A stretch of DNA of 64,000 nucleotides from NCBI GenBank assembly GCA_035291545.1, contig DATDRW010000069.1:2348-66347 (forward strand), in the 5' to 3' direction. The DNA comes from Acidimicrobiia bacterium. Lineage in GTDB: Bacteria > Actinomycetota > Acidimicrobiia > Spongiisociales > UBA11373. Numbering within the stretch: the first letter of the stretch is position 1; each line of letters starts with the position of its first letter. The notes below the pieces were generated by a model. It was not told where the DNA came from. It did no database searches and worked only from the letters and a program-made list of their open reading frames with translations. A program made the translations under genes and the position numbers. Shown piece by piece: positions 1 to 7,746 of this stretch.

Positions 1-340
1 GCCTCAGGCTGGTAATAGTCGTAGTACGAGACGAAGTACTCGACCCGGTTGGCCGGGAAGAACTGGCGGAACTCGTTGGCGAGCTGGGCGCCCAGGGCCT
101 TGTTGGGAGCGAGGACCAGCGTGGGCCGTTGCACCTTCTCGATGAGCCAAGCGATGGTCGCCGACTTCCCGGAGCCGGTGATGCCGAGCAGCGTCTGGAA
201 CCGCTCCCCCGCCTCCACGCCCTCGGCGAGCCGGGCGATCGCCTGTGGCTGATCTCCGGCGGGACTGAAGTCGGAGACGACCTGGAACGGGTTCACCGGG
301 CAACGATACCCGGGGGCCAGGACGCGAATCACACGGCGGT
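1..340 (-). CDS. uvrB: Excinuclease ABC subunit B, N-terminal part. The gene continues beyond the window start.
   Basis: The reverse-complement translation of 1-340 reads [111 protein letters not shown]. This is the canonical UvrB N-terminus (Walker A and the YYDYYQPEA motif). The frame is absent from the ORF track because it is not terminated inside the window. The start is GTG at about 340, or the internal GTG at about 307. Confidence 0.85.
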
Positions 341-913
341 GATCTCGTCCCAGATCCGCCGACACTGCACGCCAAGGCCCGCCTCGTCGCCGCTGTTGTC
401 GATCACCCAATCGGCGGCCGCGAGCCATTCGCCTCGCGACACTTGCCGGCTCATGACTCGGCCCACGTCGCCTGCGGACATGCCGCCGCCGCGGGCGATG
501 GTGCGCTCGATCCTCGTCGCGTCCGGTGCGTCCACCACGATCCACGGCCACCCGCGCCCGATGAGGTCGCGCAAGACGGGCACCTCGACGAGCACGATGT
601 CGCCCGGGTGGGCGTCGACCGCGGCGACGATGACTCGGCGGATCCCCGGGCCGGTGATCCCCTCGAGCTCTCGCAGCTGCGCGGCATCGGCGAAGACAAT
701 CCGGCCGAGCGCGCTCCGGTCGATCCCGCCGGATGCGTCGACCGCCTCCGGCCACCGAGCCGTCACCGCCGCCGTTTCGGAGGTCCCGGGCGCCAGCACC
801 CTGCGCCCCGCCTCGTCGCCGGACACCACTACCGCCCCGAAAGAGACGAAGTGGGCCGCCGCGGCCGACTTGCCGCTCCCGATACCGCCGCCGAGGAAGA
901 ATTGCCCGTCCAC
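329..913 (-). CDS. coaE: Dephospho-CoA kinase
   Basis: ORF 329..1009 contains the P-loop [10 protein letters not shown] near its N-terminus and the overall CoaE pattern. The start is trimmed to the GTG (V33) just upstream of the P-loop. Its stop lies close to or overlaps the uvrB start. Confidence 0.75.
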   Translation of the reverse strand: MDGQFFLGGGIGSGKSAAAAHFVSFGAVVVSGDEAGRRVLAPGTSETAAVTARWPEAVDASGGIDRSALGRIVFADAAQLRELEGITGPGIRRVIVAAVDAHPGDIVLVEVPVLRDLIGRGWPWIVVDAPDATRIERTIARGGGMSAGDVGRVMSRQVSRGEWLAAADWVIDNSGDEAGLGVQCRRIWDEITAV

Positions 914-923
914 CGGGGCGAGG

Positions 924-2798
924 CTAATGGGCCGTGTCGCCGGTCCGGACGAGGCCGGCCAGCACGTGAAACGCGCGGGCCACCCTCGACCGGGGGCTGA
1001 GCGCCACAACCGGGATCCCCTCGTTCACGGACTGTGGCACCAGCCGGTCGGACGGGATCGAGCCCGCCACGCGGAGCCCCAGGCTTCGTTCGAGCTCGAC
1101 GAGGTCGAGTCTCGCCTTGGCGTTGACCCGATTGACCACGAGCTGGATACGACCCATCGGGAATCCGGCGCCGCGGAGCGCGTCCAGGGCGATCTTGGCG
1201 TTCTTCACCGACGGGAGGTCCATGTCGACCACGACGAGGACGTCGTCGGCCTGTTCCAGAACCGTGATCAGGTGATCGTCGAAGATCGGCGGGGTGTCGA
1301 TCACGACGACCTCGTAGAGCGCGCGCAGTCGATCGATGATGGCTGCGATGAGCTTCGCCGGAACCTCGTCCTCACTGGTGGGAAGGACCGGGGCGGGAAG
1401 GACGCGCAACCCGCTCTCGTGGCGGAGGAGCATCGACTCGAACCGGGCATCGGAGAGGTCATCGATCTTCCCCACGAAGTCCAGGAGGGTCCGCGACGGG
1501 TCCAACTGCAGCATGAGCGCCACGTCACCGAACTGGAGATCGGTGTCCACGATGACGACCCGGCCGTCGCCACGCTGGAAGGTCAGCGCCATGGCCAGGT
1601 TGGTGGCGGTGACCGTCTTGCCGGAGCCGCCCTTACCCGCCATGACCGCGACCACCCGGCCTCCCCCGGCGGCCGGCCGCAGAGCCGGGGAGGGTGTCGG
1701 CTCCGGGTGGGCGAAAGGTGAGGCGGCGGGAACGCCGCTCCGCAGCGGAGACTCATCCTCGGGGTGGACGACCACCAGTTCGTCGGCCTCGCGCCGCATC
1801 GTCGGTGGTGGTGCCGGTGGAGGGGGTGGGTACTCGAAGACGGGGTCAACGGTCGGCGGAGGAGACCACGCAGGAAGGGCCGGTGCCGCGTCGAAGACGG
1901 GGTCAACGGCTTGTGGTGCGAATGCCGGAGGAAGCGGCTGGACCACATTGACGACGGGGTCATCGGTCGGCGGAGGAGACCACGCAGGAAGGGCCGGTGC
2001 CGCATCGAAGACGGGGGCATCGGCTTGTGGCGCGAATGCCGGAGGAAGCGGCTGGACCACATCGACCGAGCGCGGGGAGTCGGCTTCGGCCGCGGTCAGA
2101 GGCACCCGAGCCGGGGGCGGAGTCCCGACGATCGGACCCGGCGGCGTCACGCGGCCGGCGCCGGCCACCACCTCGATCGGCGGGGATGCCACCACCGTTG
2201 GGGCGTCGTCGGGGACCTCCCGGGCATCGGTGCGCCCAACCGGCCTCGCCTCTTCCCACTCGGGATCCGGAGCGAACAGACGGTCGTCCCCGGGATGGGC
2301 AGGCGCCGGCAACGCCGGCGCGGTCGGGGCGGTGAATGCTGCGGGCACGGCAGAGCCCGCTACGGCCTCGATCTCCACCGAGACGACCGGACCATCGTCC
2401 GGTTCCCCGACCGCAGCCGGTCCGGGATGTCCGCCCCGCGCGGCGGCGAGGATCTCGTCGACCTTGCCCGGCGTGAGCGGCGTTTCCACGACGCCGGCGA
2501 GGCCCGTCTTCATCCCGGCGAGCATCATCCGGTTGGTGACCAGGTTTGCCACCAGTACCAGCGGGAGGGTGGGATCGACGGTTCGGAGATCCCGCGCCGC
2601 AACGATGCCGTCCTCAGAGCCGAGTGAGGGACCGAGCACTGCCACATCGATGCGTCCGCCGGGAACGATCTCGGCGGCCTCGTCGATACTGCGCGCGGTC
2701 AGGACCCGCTGCCCGGAAAACAGCATGCGGGCATCCTCGGCGAAACCCTGGTCGGCATCGACGACGAGCACGAGACGCCGCTGGGACTGCATCTCCAC
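924..2798 (-). CDS. Orphan CpaE/TadZ-like protein. It has an N-terminal atypical receiver domain, a Pro-rich repeat linker and a C-terminal MinD/ParA-family ATPase.
   Basis: The N-terminus (LVLVVDAD...IDVAVLG...) is CheY-like. The C-terminus has the deviant Walker A VMAGKGGSGKT plus the MinD/ParA core (DTDLQFGD, VVIDTPP). The architecture matches TadZ/CpaE and the mycobacterial 'septum site-determining' Ssd-like proteins. The linker contains a near-perfect duplicated 38-aa Pro/Ala-rich unit. Confidence 0.7.
   Translation of the reverse strand: MEMQSQRRLVLVVDADQGFAEDARMLFSGQRVLTARSIDEAAEIVPGGRIDVAVLGPSLGSEDGIVAARDLRTVDPTLPLVLVANLVTNRMMLAGMKTGLAGVVETPLTPGKVDEILAAARGGHPGPAAVGEPDDGPVVSVEIEAVAGSAVPAAFTAPTAPALPAPAHPGDDRLFAPDPEWEEARPVGRTDAREVPDDAPTVVASPPIEVVAGAGRVTPPGPIVGTPPPARVPLTAAEADSPRSVDVVQPLPPAFAPQADAPVFDAAPALPAWSPPPTDDPVVNVVQPLPPAFAPQAVDPVFDAAPALPAWSPPPTVDPVFEYPPPPPAPPPTMRREADELVVVHPEDESPLRSGVPAASPFAHPEPTPSPALRPAAGGGRVVAVMAGKGGSGKTVTATNLAMALTFQRGDGRVVIVDTDLQFGDVALMLQLDPSRTLLDFVGKIDDLSDARFESMLLRHESGLRVLPAPVLPTSEDEVPAKLIAAIIDRLRALYEVVVIDTPPIFDDHLITVLEQADDVLVVVDMDLPSVKNAKIALDALRGAGFPMGRIQLVVNRVNAKARLDLVELERSLGLRVAGSIPSDRLVPQSVNEGIPVVALSPRSRVARAFHVLAGLVRTGDTAH
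1834..2066. repeat. In-frame tandem direct repeat with a 114-bp period, about 2.05 copies at roughly 96 % identity, inside the REC-ParA gene.
   Basis: The seed tcgaagacggggtcaacgg recurs at 1834, 1891 and 2005. The 1891-2004 unit is repeated at 2005 onward. It encodes the duplicated peptide VVQPLPPAFAPQA.DPVFDAAPALPAWSPPPT. Confidence 0.85.
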
Positions 2799-2896
2799 CT
2801 TTCTCGATCCGCGTCCGGACCTACCGAAAACATCGGAGCCCAGATGGGGAACTTGAGGACGGAGGGCTAGTCACCTGGCAGAAGGTGACAGGCACT

Positions 2897-2958
2897 AGAA
2901 ACCAGAGACCAGAAACCAGATATCAGATGTCAGAGACCTGGTCTCTGATGCCTGATGC
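2897..2958. repeat. Intergenic oligonucleotide repeat array (ACCAGA and GATGCC units) containing a perfect 9-bp palindrome.
   Basis: The sequence is aaccagagaccagaaaccagatatcagatgtcagagacctggtctctgatgcctgatgcc. It lies in the spacer between the rpsA 3' end and the REC-ParA gene 5' end. Confidence 0.5.
2930..2948 (-). terminator. Terminator-like hairpin downstream of rpsA (perfect palindrome tcagagacc-t-ggtctctga). No U-tract follows.
   Basis: A 9-bp perfect inverted repeat centred at 2939, 11 nt beyond the rpsA stop. Confidence 0.3.
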
Positions 2959-4359
2959 CTACTTCCTCCCGATACCGCGCTGCTTGAGTTCTTCGAGGAT
3001 CGCCTCCAGGGAGGCGTCGGCGTTGAAGGTGGGCGCCGGTCCTTCGCCCGCCTCCTCCTTCTCGAACTCCTGGCTCTTCTTGCGCTTGCCGCGATCGCCT
3101 CCCGCCGCCGGAGGCGGACCGGGACGACGCTCTTCCTCCTGCCATTGGCTTCGGCTCTCCCACTCCGGAAGCGCCTGCTTGATCGACAGGCTGATGCGCC
3201 GGCGTTCGCCGTCGATCTCGGTGATCTTCACCTTGACCGGCTGCTCGACCGATAGCTCGAGTTCGGGGCTCTCCACGTGATGCATGGCGATCTCCGAGAC
3301 GTGCACCAGACCCTCGACACCATCGGCGACCGACACGAAGGCCCCAAACGGCACCGTCTTGGTGACCTTTCCATCGACGACGTCGCCGACACCGTGGGCG
3401 CCGCTGAACGACTCCCACGGGTCCTCGCGAGTCTGGCGGATCGACAGAGAAATGCGCTCGCGGTCAAGATCGACCTCGAGCACCTTCACCTTCACCTTGT
3501 CCCCGACGGACACCACCTCGGAGGGATGGCTGACGTGCTGCCAGGACAGCTCGGAAACGTGCACGAGGCCGTCCATCCCGCCCAAATCCACGAAGGCGCC
3601 GAAGTTGACCACCGACGAAACCACGCCGTCACGCATCTCACCGGCCTTGAGCTCGTCGAGGAAGGCCTGCCGCTGCTCCTGCTGCTCCTCCTCGAGGTAG
3701 GCGCGGCGTGAGAGCACGACGTTGTTGCGGTTCTTGTCGAGCTCGATCACCTTCGCCTCGAGCGTCTCTCCGATGTAGGGGTGAAGGTCGCGGACCCGGC
3801 GCAGCTCGACCAGGGACGCCGGGAGGAACCCGCGCAGGCCGATGTCGACGATGAGCCCACCCTTGACGACCTCGATGACCTGGCCGGTGACCGTGCCGGC
3901 CTCGTTCATGACCTTCTCGATGCGGCCCCAGGCGCGTTCGTACTGGGCGCGCTTCTTGGACAGGATGAGCCGTCCCTCGGAATCCTCCATCGTGAGGACC
4001 AGGGCCTCGATCTGCTCACCGACTTTGACGATGTCGGCGGGATTGACTGTATTCCGGATGGACAATTCCTTCGCAGGAATGACGCCCTCGGATTTGAAGC
4101 CGATGTCGACGAGGACCTCGTCGGGGTCCACCCGCACGACCGTGCCGGTGATCAGGCTTCCCTCTCTGAACTCCACCACGGTCCGCTCGACGGCGGCCGC
4201 GAAATCTTCGGCGGTGAGGTCGTTGGGGATGTCTCCCAACCCCCTCATGGCCGCGGCCTGGTCGGCCACCTGCAGGCGGTCGTTCGTCGGTGCGTCGCCT
4301 GCCGGCGCCTCGACGGCCGCTGCATCCGCAGCGGGCGCGGTCACTGTCTCTTTGGTCAT
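2959..4359 (-). CDS. rpsA: 30S ribosomal protein S1
   Basis: There are four S1 repeats (for example GTVVRVDPDEVLVDIG and GQVIEVVKGGLIVDIGLRGFLPAS) and a basic/acidic C-terminal tail. The start is placed at MTKETV (ATG 4359), which has a GAGGTGA Shine-Dalgarno sequence, rather than at the ORF-track Met. Confidence 0.9.
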   Translation of the reverse strand: MTKETVTAPAADAAAVEAPAGDAPTNDRLQVADQAAAMRGLGDIPNDLTAEDFAAAVERTVVEFREGSLITGTVVRVDPDEVLVDIGFKSEGVIPAKELSIRNTVNPADIVKVGEQIEALVLTMEDSEGRLILSKKRAQYERAWGRIEKVMNEAGTVTGQVIEVVKGGLIVDIGLRGFLPASLVELRRVRDLHPYIGETLEAKVIELDKNRNNVVLSRRAYLEEEQQEQRQAFLDELKAGEMRDGVVSSVVNFGAFVDLGGMDGLVHVSELSWQHVSHPSEVVSVGDKVKVKVLEVDLDRERISLSIRQTREDPWESFSGAHGVGDVVDGKVTKTVPFGAFVSVADGVEGLVHVSEIAMHHVESPELELSVEQPVKVKITEIDGERRRISLSIKQALPEWESRSQWQEEERRPGPPPAAGGDRGKRKKSQEFEKEEAGEGPAPTFNADASLEAILEELKQRGIGRK

Positions 4360-4386
4360 GGGCTTAGGTTCACCTCGAACGGGGGT

Positions 4387-4409
4387 CCCCGGACGCCAAG
4401 GGTCCGGGG
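4387..4409 (-). terminator. GC-rich hairpin (ccccggac-gccaagg-gtccgggg) between the polA stop and the rpsA start.
   Basis: An 8-bp stem with a 7-nt loop. No U-run follows, so it could equally be an rpsA leader structure. Confidence 0.25.
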
Positions 4410-4455
4410 GCGGGTCAGAGCGTACCACAGCGCCTCCGGCCGGGACCAGCCGGGT

Positions 4456-7071
4456 TCAGTGCCTGGCCTCCGCCAGGCTCGTCCCGACCCCCACCTCGGC
4501 CAGCAGCGGCACCCGGAGATCGACGATCCCCTCCATGACCTCGCGTACGGTGGCGGCCACCTCGTCCCGGGCCGGGATCGGCGCCTCGACGACGAGCTCG
4601 TCGTGCACCTGGAGGAGGATGGCCGCACCGGTGGCTTCGAGGCGTTCGTCGAGCACGATCATCGCCTTCTTGATGATGTCGGCCGCGGAGCCCTGGATCG
4701 GGGCGTTGAGCGCCATGCGTTCCCCCGCCTGCCGCTCCCGGAAGTTTCCGGAGACCAGCTCCGGCAGATAGCGACGCCGTCCCAGGATCGTCTCGGTGTA
4801 CCCGGTGTTGCGTGCCTCGGCGACGATCGACTCCATGAACGCTCGCACTCCGGCGAACTGCGAGAAGTAGGCCTCCATCTGCTCCCGGGCCTCCTCCTGG
4901 GAGATCTCGAGACGCTGGGCCAGCCCGTAGGCCTCCATGCCGTACAACAAACCGAAGTTGATCACCTTTGCCCGGCGGCGCATCTCGGGAGTGACGTCGC
5001 CGGCGGCGACCGCAAACACCCGCGCCGCGGTCTCGGTGTGCACGTCGGCTCCTCTCCGGAAGGCCTCGACCAGCGCCGGATCACCGCACAGGTGGGCGAG
5101 GATGCGCAGCTCGATCTGGCTGTAGTCGGCAACCACGAACACGTGACCGGGTGACGCCACGAATGCCCTGCGGATGGTCCGGCCCTCCTCGGAGCGCACC
5201 GGAATGTTCTGCATGTTGGGCTGCTCGGATGAGATTCGCCCGGTCGAGGCTCCGGTCTGATTGAATATGCAGTGGATGCGGCCGTCTGCCGCGATCAGGG
5301 GCAGAAGCCCGTCGACGTAGGTGGAACGCAGCTTCTCCAGCTCCCGGAACCGGAGCAGATGGTCGACCACGGGGTGGTCGTCGGCCAGTTTCTGCAACAC
5401 CGAGGCGTCGGTGGAGGGCTGGCCCTTGGGGGTCTTCTTCAACACCGGGAGCCCGAGCCGCTCGAACAGCACCTCCCGCAGCTGGAGCGTCGAGTTGACG
5501 TTGAACGCTTCCCCGGCCGCCTGGTAGATCTGCTTCTCCAGCGTGGCGAGGCGGTCGCGCAGGCTTTCTCCCAGCTCCTCGAGGTAGTCCCGGTCGATGC
5601 CGATCCCGGCCTCCTCCATCCGGGCGAGAACCCGGACCAGCGGCAGCTCAACCTCATCGAACAGCCGCCGCCCACCCCGGGCGTCCAGCTGTTCCCCCAG
5701 AGGTGCCACGAGGCGCGCCACTGCCGTGGCACGGCGCCCCGCCGCCTCCAGGTCCGGACCGGCCGCTTCGAAGGCGAGCGTGCCCTGGGTGCCTTGCGTC
5801 GATCGCTCCCCCTCGGCGGCGATCTCGATCCCGAGCACGCGCCCGGCAAGGTCGCTCAGCGGCTGGTTGCCGGCTCCGGGATTGATCACGAAGGCGGCGA
5901 GTTGGGTGTCGAAGGCGAGACCGCGCAGATCGAGTCCGGCGTCGAACAACGCCCGAACCAACGGCTTGGCGTCGTGGAGGGCCTTCGGCACGGCCGGATC
6001 GGCGAGCGCGTCGGCCAGCGAGCCCAGCCGGTCGAAGGCAACGAAGGTGGCCCCGTCGTCCTTGGCCACCGCGATGCCGACGAGGTCGCCGTCCTCCCAC
6101 ACGGGATCGAGTGCCAGCATCCCCGGTCCGGCAGCGGCGAGGGCATCGGCTCCCGATCCCGACCCCACCTCCACCTCGATCACCTCGTCGCGCTCCGCGG
6201 CCGCTCCCCCGATCTCCTGGAGGCGCTGCCACAACGATCGGAAGGCGAGCTCGTCGAAGACCCGGCGCACCTCCTGCGGATCCCAGGGCAGCAGGCGCAG
6301 CCGTTCCGGATCGGTCTCGACGGCGACGTCGTCGACGAGGCGGGAGAGATCGCGGTTGAGAAAGGCCTGCTCCCGCGCCCCCGCCAGACTCTCCTTGAGC
6401 CTGGGGGTCTGCTCGTCGAGGTGCTCGTAGATCCCCTCGAGGGTGCCGTACCCCGCAACGAGTCGGGAGGCGGTCTTCTCCCCCACCCCGGGAACGCCGG
6501 GGAGGTTGTCCGAGGAGTCGCCCCGCAGTGCCGCGTAGTCCGGATACTGCTCCGGAGTCACCCCGTACCTGTCGAGCACGTAAGCGGCGTCCGCCACCAC
6601 AATGTCGCTGATCCCCCGCCGCGTGTAGTAGACCTTGATCCGCCCCCCGATCAGTTGGAATGCGTCGCGGTCGCCGGTGACCACGAGCACCTCCCATCCG
6701 GAAGCGGCGGCGCCCCGGGCCACGGTGGCGATGATGTCGTCGGCCTCCCAGCCCGGCGCGATGAACTGGGCCAGCCGGAGTACGTCGGCCACCTCGTGGA
6801 TCAGCGGCAGCTGGCTGCGGAATAGGTCGGGCGCCGCCTCACGCTGTGCCTTGTACTCGGTGTACCGCTCGGCACGGAAGGTCCGCTCCGGACTGTCCCA
6901 GGCGACCGCCATGGCGTCCGGATGCTCCTCGCCGAGCAGTTTGATGATCATCGAGGTGAACCCGTAGACGGCGTTCGTCACCTGTCCGGTCGGTGTCGCC
7001 AGGTCGCTCGGCAGCGCATAGAAGGCGCGGTAGGCCAGAGAATGCCCGTCGATCAGGGCGAGAGTCGGCAT
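4456..7071 (-). CDS. polA: DNA polymerase I
   Basis: The 871-aa ORF has a 5'-3' exonuclease N-terminus (MPTLALIDGHSLAYRAFYAL) and a family A polymerase C-terminus (motif A DYSQIELR, motif B RRAAKVINFGLLYG, and QVHDEL). Confidence 0.95.
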   Translation of the reverse strand: MPTLALIDGHSLAYRAFYALPSDLATPTGQVTNAVYGFTSMIIKLLGEEHPDAMAVAWDSPERTFRAERYTEYKAQREAAPDLFRSQLPLIHEVADVLRLAQFIAPGWEADDIIATVARGAAASGWEVLVVTGDRDAFQLIGGRIKVYYTRRGISDIVVADAAYVLDRYGVTPEQYPDYAALRGDSSDNLPGVPGVGEKTASRLVAGYGTLEGIYEHLDEQTPRLKESLAGAREQAFLNRDLSRLVDDVAVETDPERLRLLPWDPQEVRRVFDELAFRSLWQRLQEIGGAAAERDEVIEVEVGSGSGADALAAAGPGMLALDPVWEDGDLVGIAVAKDDGATFVAFDRLGSLADALADPAVPKALHDAKPLVRALFDAGLDLRGLAFDTQLAAFVINPGAGNQPLSDLAGRVLGIEIAAEGERSTQGTQGTLAFEAAGPDLEAAGRRATAVARLVAPLGEQLDARGGRRLFDEVELPLVRVLARMEEAGIGIDRDYLEELGESLRDRLATLEKQIYQAAGEAFNVNSTLQLREVLFERLGLPVLKKTPKGQPSTDASVLQKLADDHPVVDHLLRFRELEKLRSTYVDGLLPLIAADGRIHCIFNQTGASTGRISSEQPNMQNIPVRSEEGRTIRRAFVASPGHVFVVADYSQIELRILAHLCGDPALVEAFRRGADVHTETAARVFAVAAGDVTPEMRRRAKVINFGLLYGMEAYGLAQRLEISQEEAREQMEAYFSQFAGVRAFMESIVAEARNTGYTETILGRRRYLPELVSGNFRERQAGERMALNAPIQGSAADIIKKAMIVLDERLEATGAAILLQVHDELVVEAPIPARDEVAATVREVMEGIVDLRVPLLAEVGVGTSLAEARH

Positions 7072-7082
7072 GCCGGGCGATG

Positions 7083-7136
7083 GTAGGAGAGACCGGAGGC
7101 CGGATACCAGATGCCGGATACCGGAGGCCGGATACC
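7083..7136. repeat. Tandem array of CCGGAGGCCGGATACC-type 14-mers immediately upstream of the polA start.
   Basis: The sequence is ccggaggccggataccagatgccggataccggaggccggataccggaggccgg. It is inverted relative to the array at 7662-7706. Confidence 0.55.
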
Positions 7137-7148
7137 GGAGGCCGGAAC

Positions 7149-7445
7149 TCAGGGGTCGGAGTCGTGGGGGCCGAGCCTCTCCAGCAGCTTGGCCCGTTTC
7201 GTGTTCAGGCGATCGATCCGGGCGGACAGGTCCGCCACCAGCCCGCGGAAGCGCGCCACGTCGCGGCTCGTGTCCCGGGCGTCCTCGCGCTCGATCGGGC
7301 CCCCCACTGCAGCGTCGCGCACGGCATCGTCCTCGAGATGCTGGTGGACCCCAAGCTCCTCCTCGGTCTGCCGAACCACCTCGCGCAGACGGGCGATCTC
7401 GTCGGTGACGGCGAAGAGCCGCTTCTCCAGGCGTCGCACCCGCGC
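7149..7445 (-). CDS. Hypothetical small Arg/Glu-rich coiled-coil protein, roughly 95 aa with an uncertain start.
   Basis: ORF 7149..7622 overlaps the tRNA at its 5' end, so the start was trimmed to GTG about 7445 (VRRLEKRLFAVTDEIARLREVVRQTEEELG...). The heptad-like charge pattern looks protein-like, but I do not recognise a family. Confidence 0.3.
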   Translation of the reverse strand, partial: ARVRRLEKRLFAVTDEIARLREVVRQTEEELGVHQHLEDDAVRDAAVGGPIEREDARDTSRDVARFRGLVADLSARIDRLNTKRAKLLERLGPHDSDP

Positions 7446-7499
7446 ATGGTACGGACCAGATGCCGATCCGGGGCAGCGGGTCGTATCATCCGGCGACGA

Positions 7500-7582
7500 A
7501 CCGGGATGGCGGAATGGAAGACGCGGCGGACTCAAAATCCGTTGGGCGAAAGCCCGTGGGGGTTCGACTCCCCCTCCCGGTA
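7500..7582 (+). tRNA. tRNA-Leu (anticodon CAA)
   Basis: The cloverleaf can be read directly. The acceptor stem is ACCGGGA/TCCCGGT and the anticodon loop CTCAAAA gives anticodon CAA. A long variable arm (GTTGGGCGAAAGCCCGTGG) is typical of class II Leu tRNAs. The T-arm is GGGGGTTCGACTCCCCC, the discriminator is A, and CCA is not encoded. Confidence 0.75.
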
Positions 7583-7589
7583 CGCGAGA

Positions 7590-7740
7590 GGCACCAGGCA
7601 ATAGGCACCAGGCATTAGGCACCAGGTACGCACGGACGTTCTGATTTCGCGATACCGACCCTGACCGGTCTCCGGCATCCGGTCTCCGGCATCCGGCCTC
7701 CGGCCTCCGCCTCTGGTGCCTGGTGCCTCGTGCCTGGTGC
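7590..7740. repeat. Composite inverted-repeat element downstream of tRNA-Leu and of nadE, about 150 bp. It is built from three GGCACCAGGCA(a/t)TA units, then two CCGGTCTCCGGCAT units, then four CCTGGTGCC units.
   Basis: The left arm (GGCACCAGG repeats) is the reverse complement of the right arm (CCTGGTGCC repeats), so a long imperfect hairpin can form. The position suits a bidirectional terminator for the converging tRNA and nadE. Confidence 0.55.
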
Positions 7741-7746
7741 CTCTCA

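Noticed and set aside
129-1721. 530-aa plus-strand ORF antisense to coaE and the REC-ParA gene
   Set aside because: It has a low-complexity Arg/Pro/Gly-rich translation with no recognisable domain and lies fully antisense to two well-supported genes. This is a typical GC-rich shadow ORF.
3781-6825. Long plus-strand ORFs (3781..5154, 5272..6825) antisense to rpsA and polA
   Set aside because: These are shadow ORFs of a roughly 70 % GC genome. Their composition (R, G, P, H runs) is not protein-like, and the opposing genes are unambiguous.
4456-7071. polA 3'-5' exonuclease domain activity status
   Set aside because: I could not reliably align the ExoI-III motifs by eye, so no statement is made.
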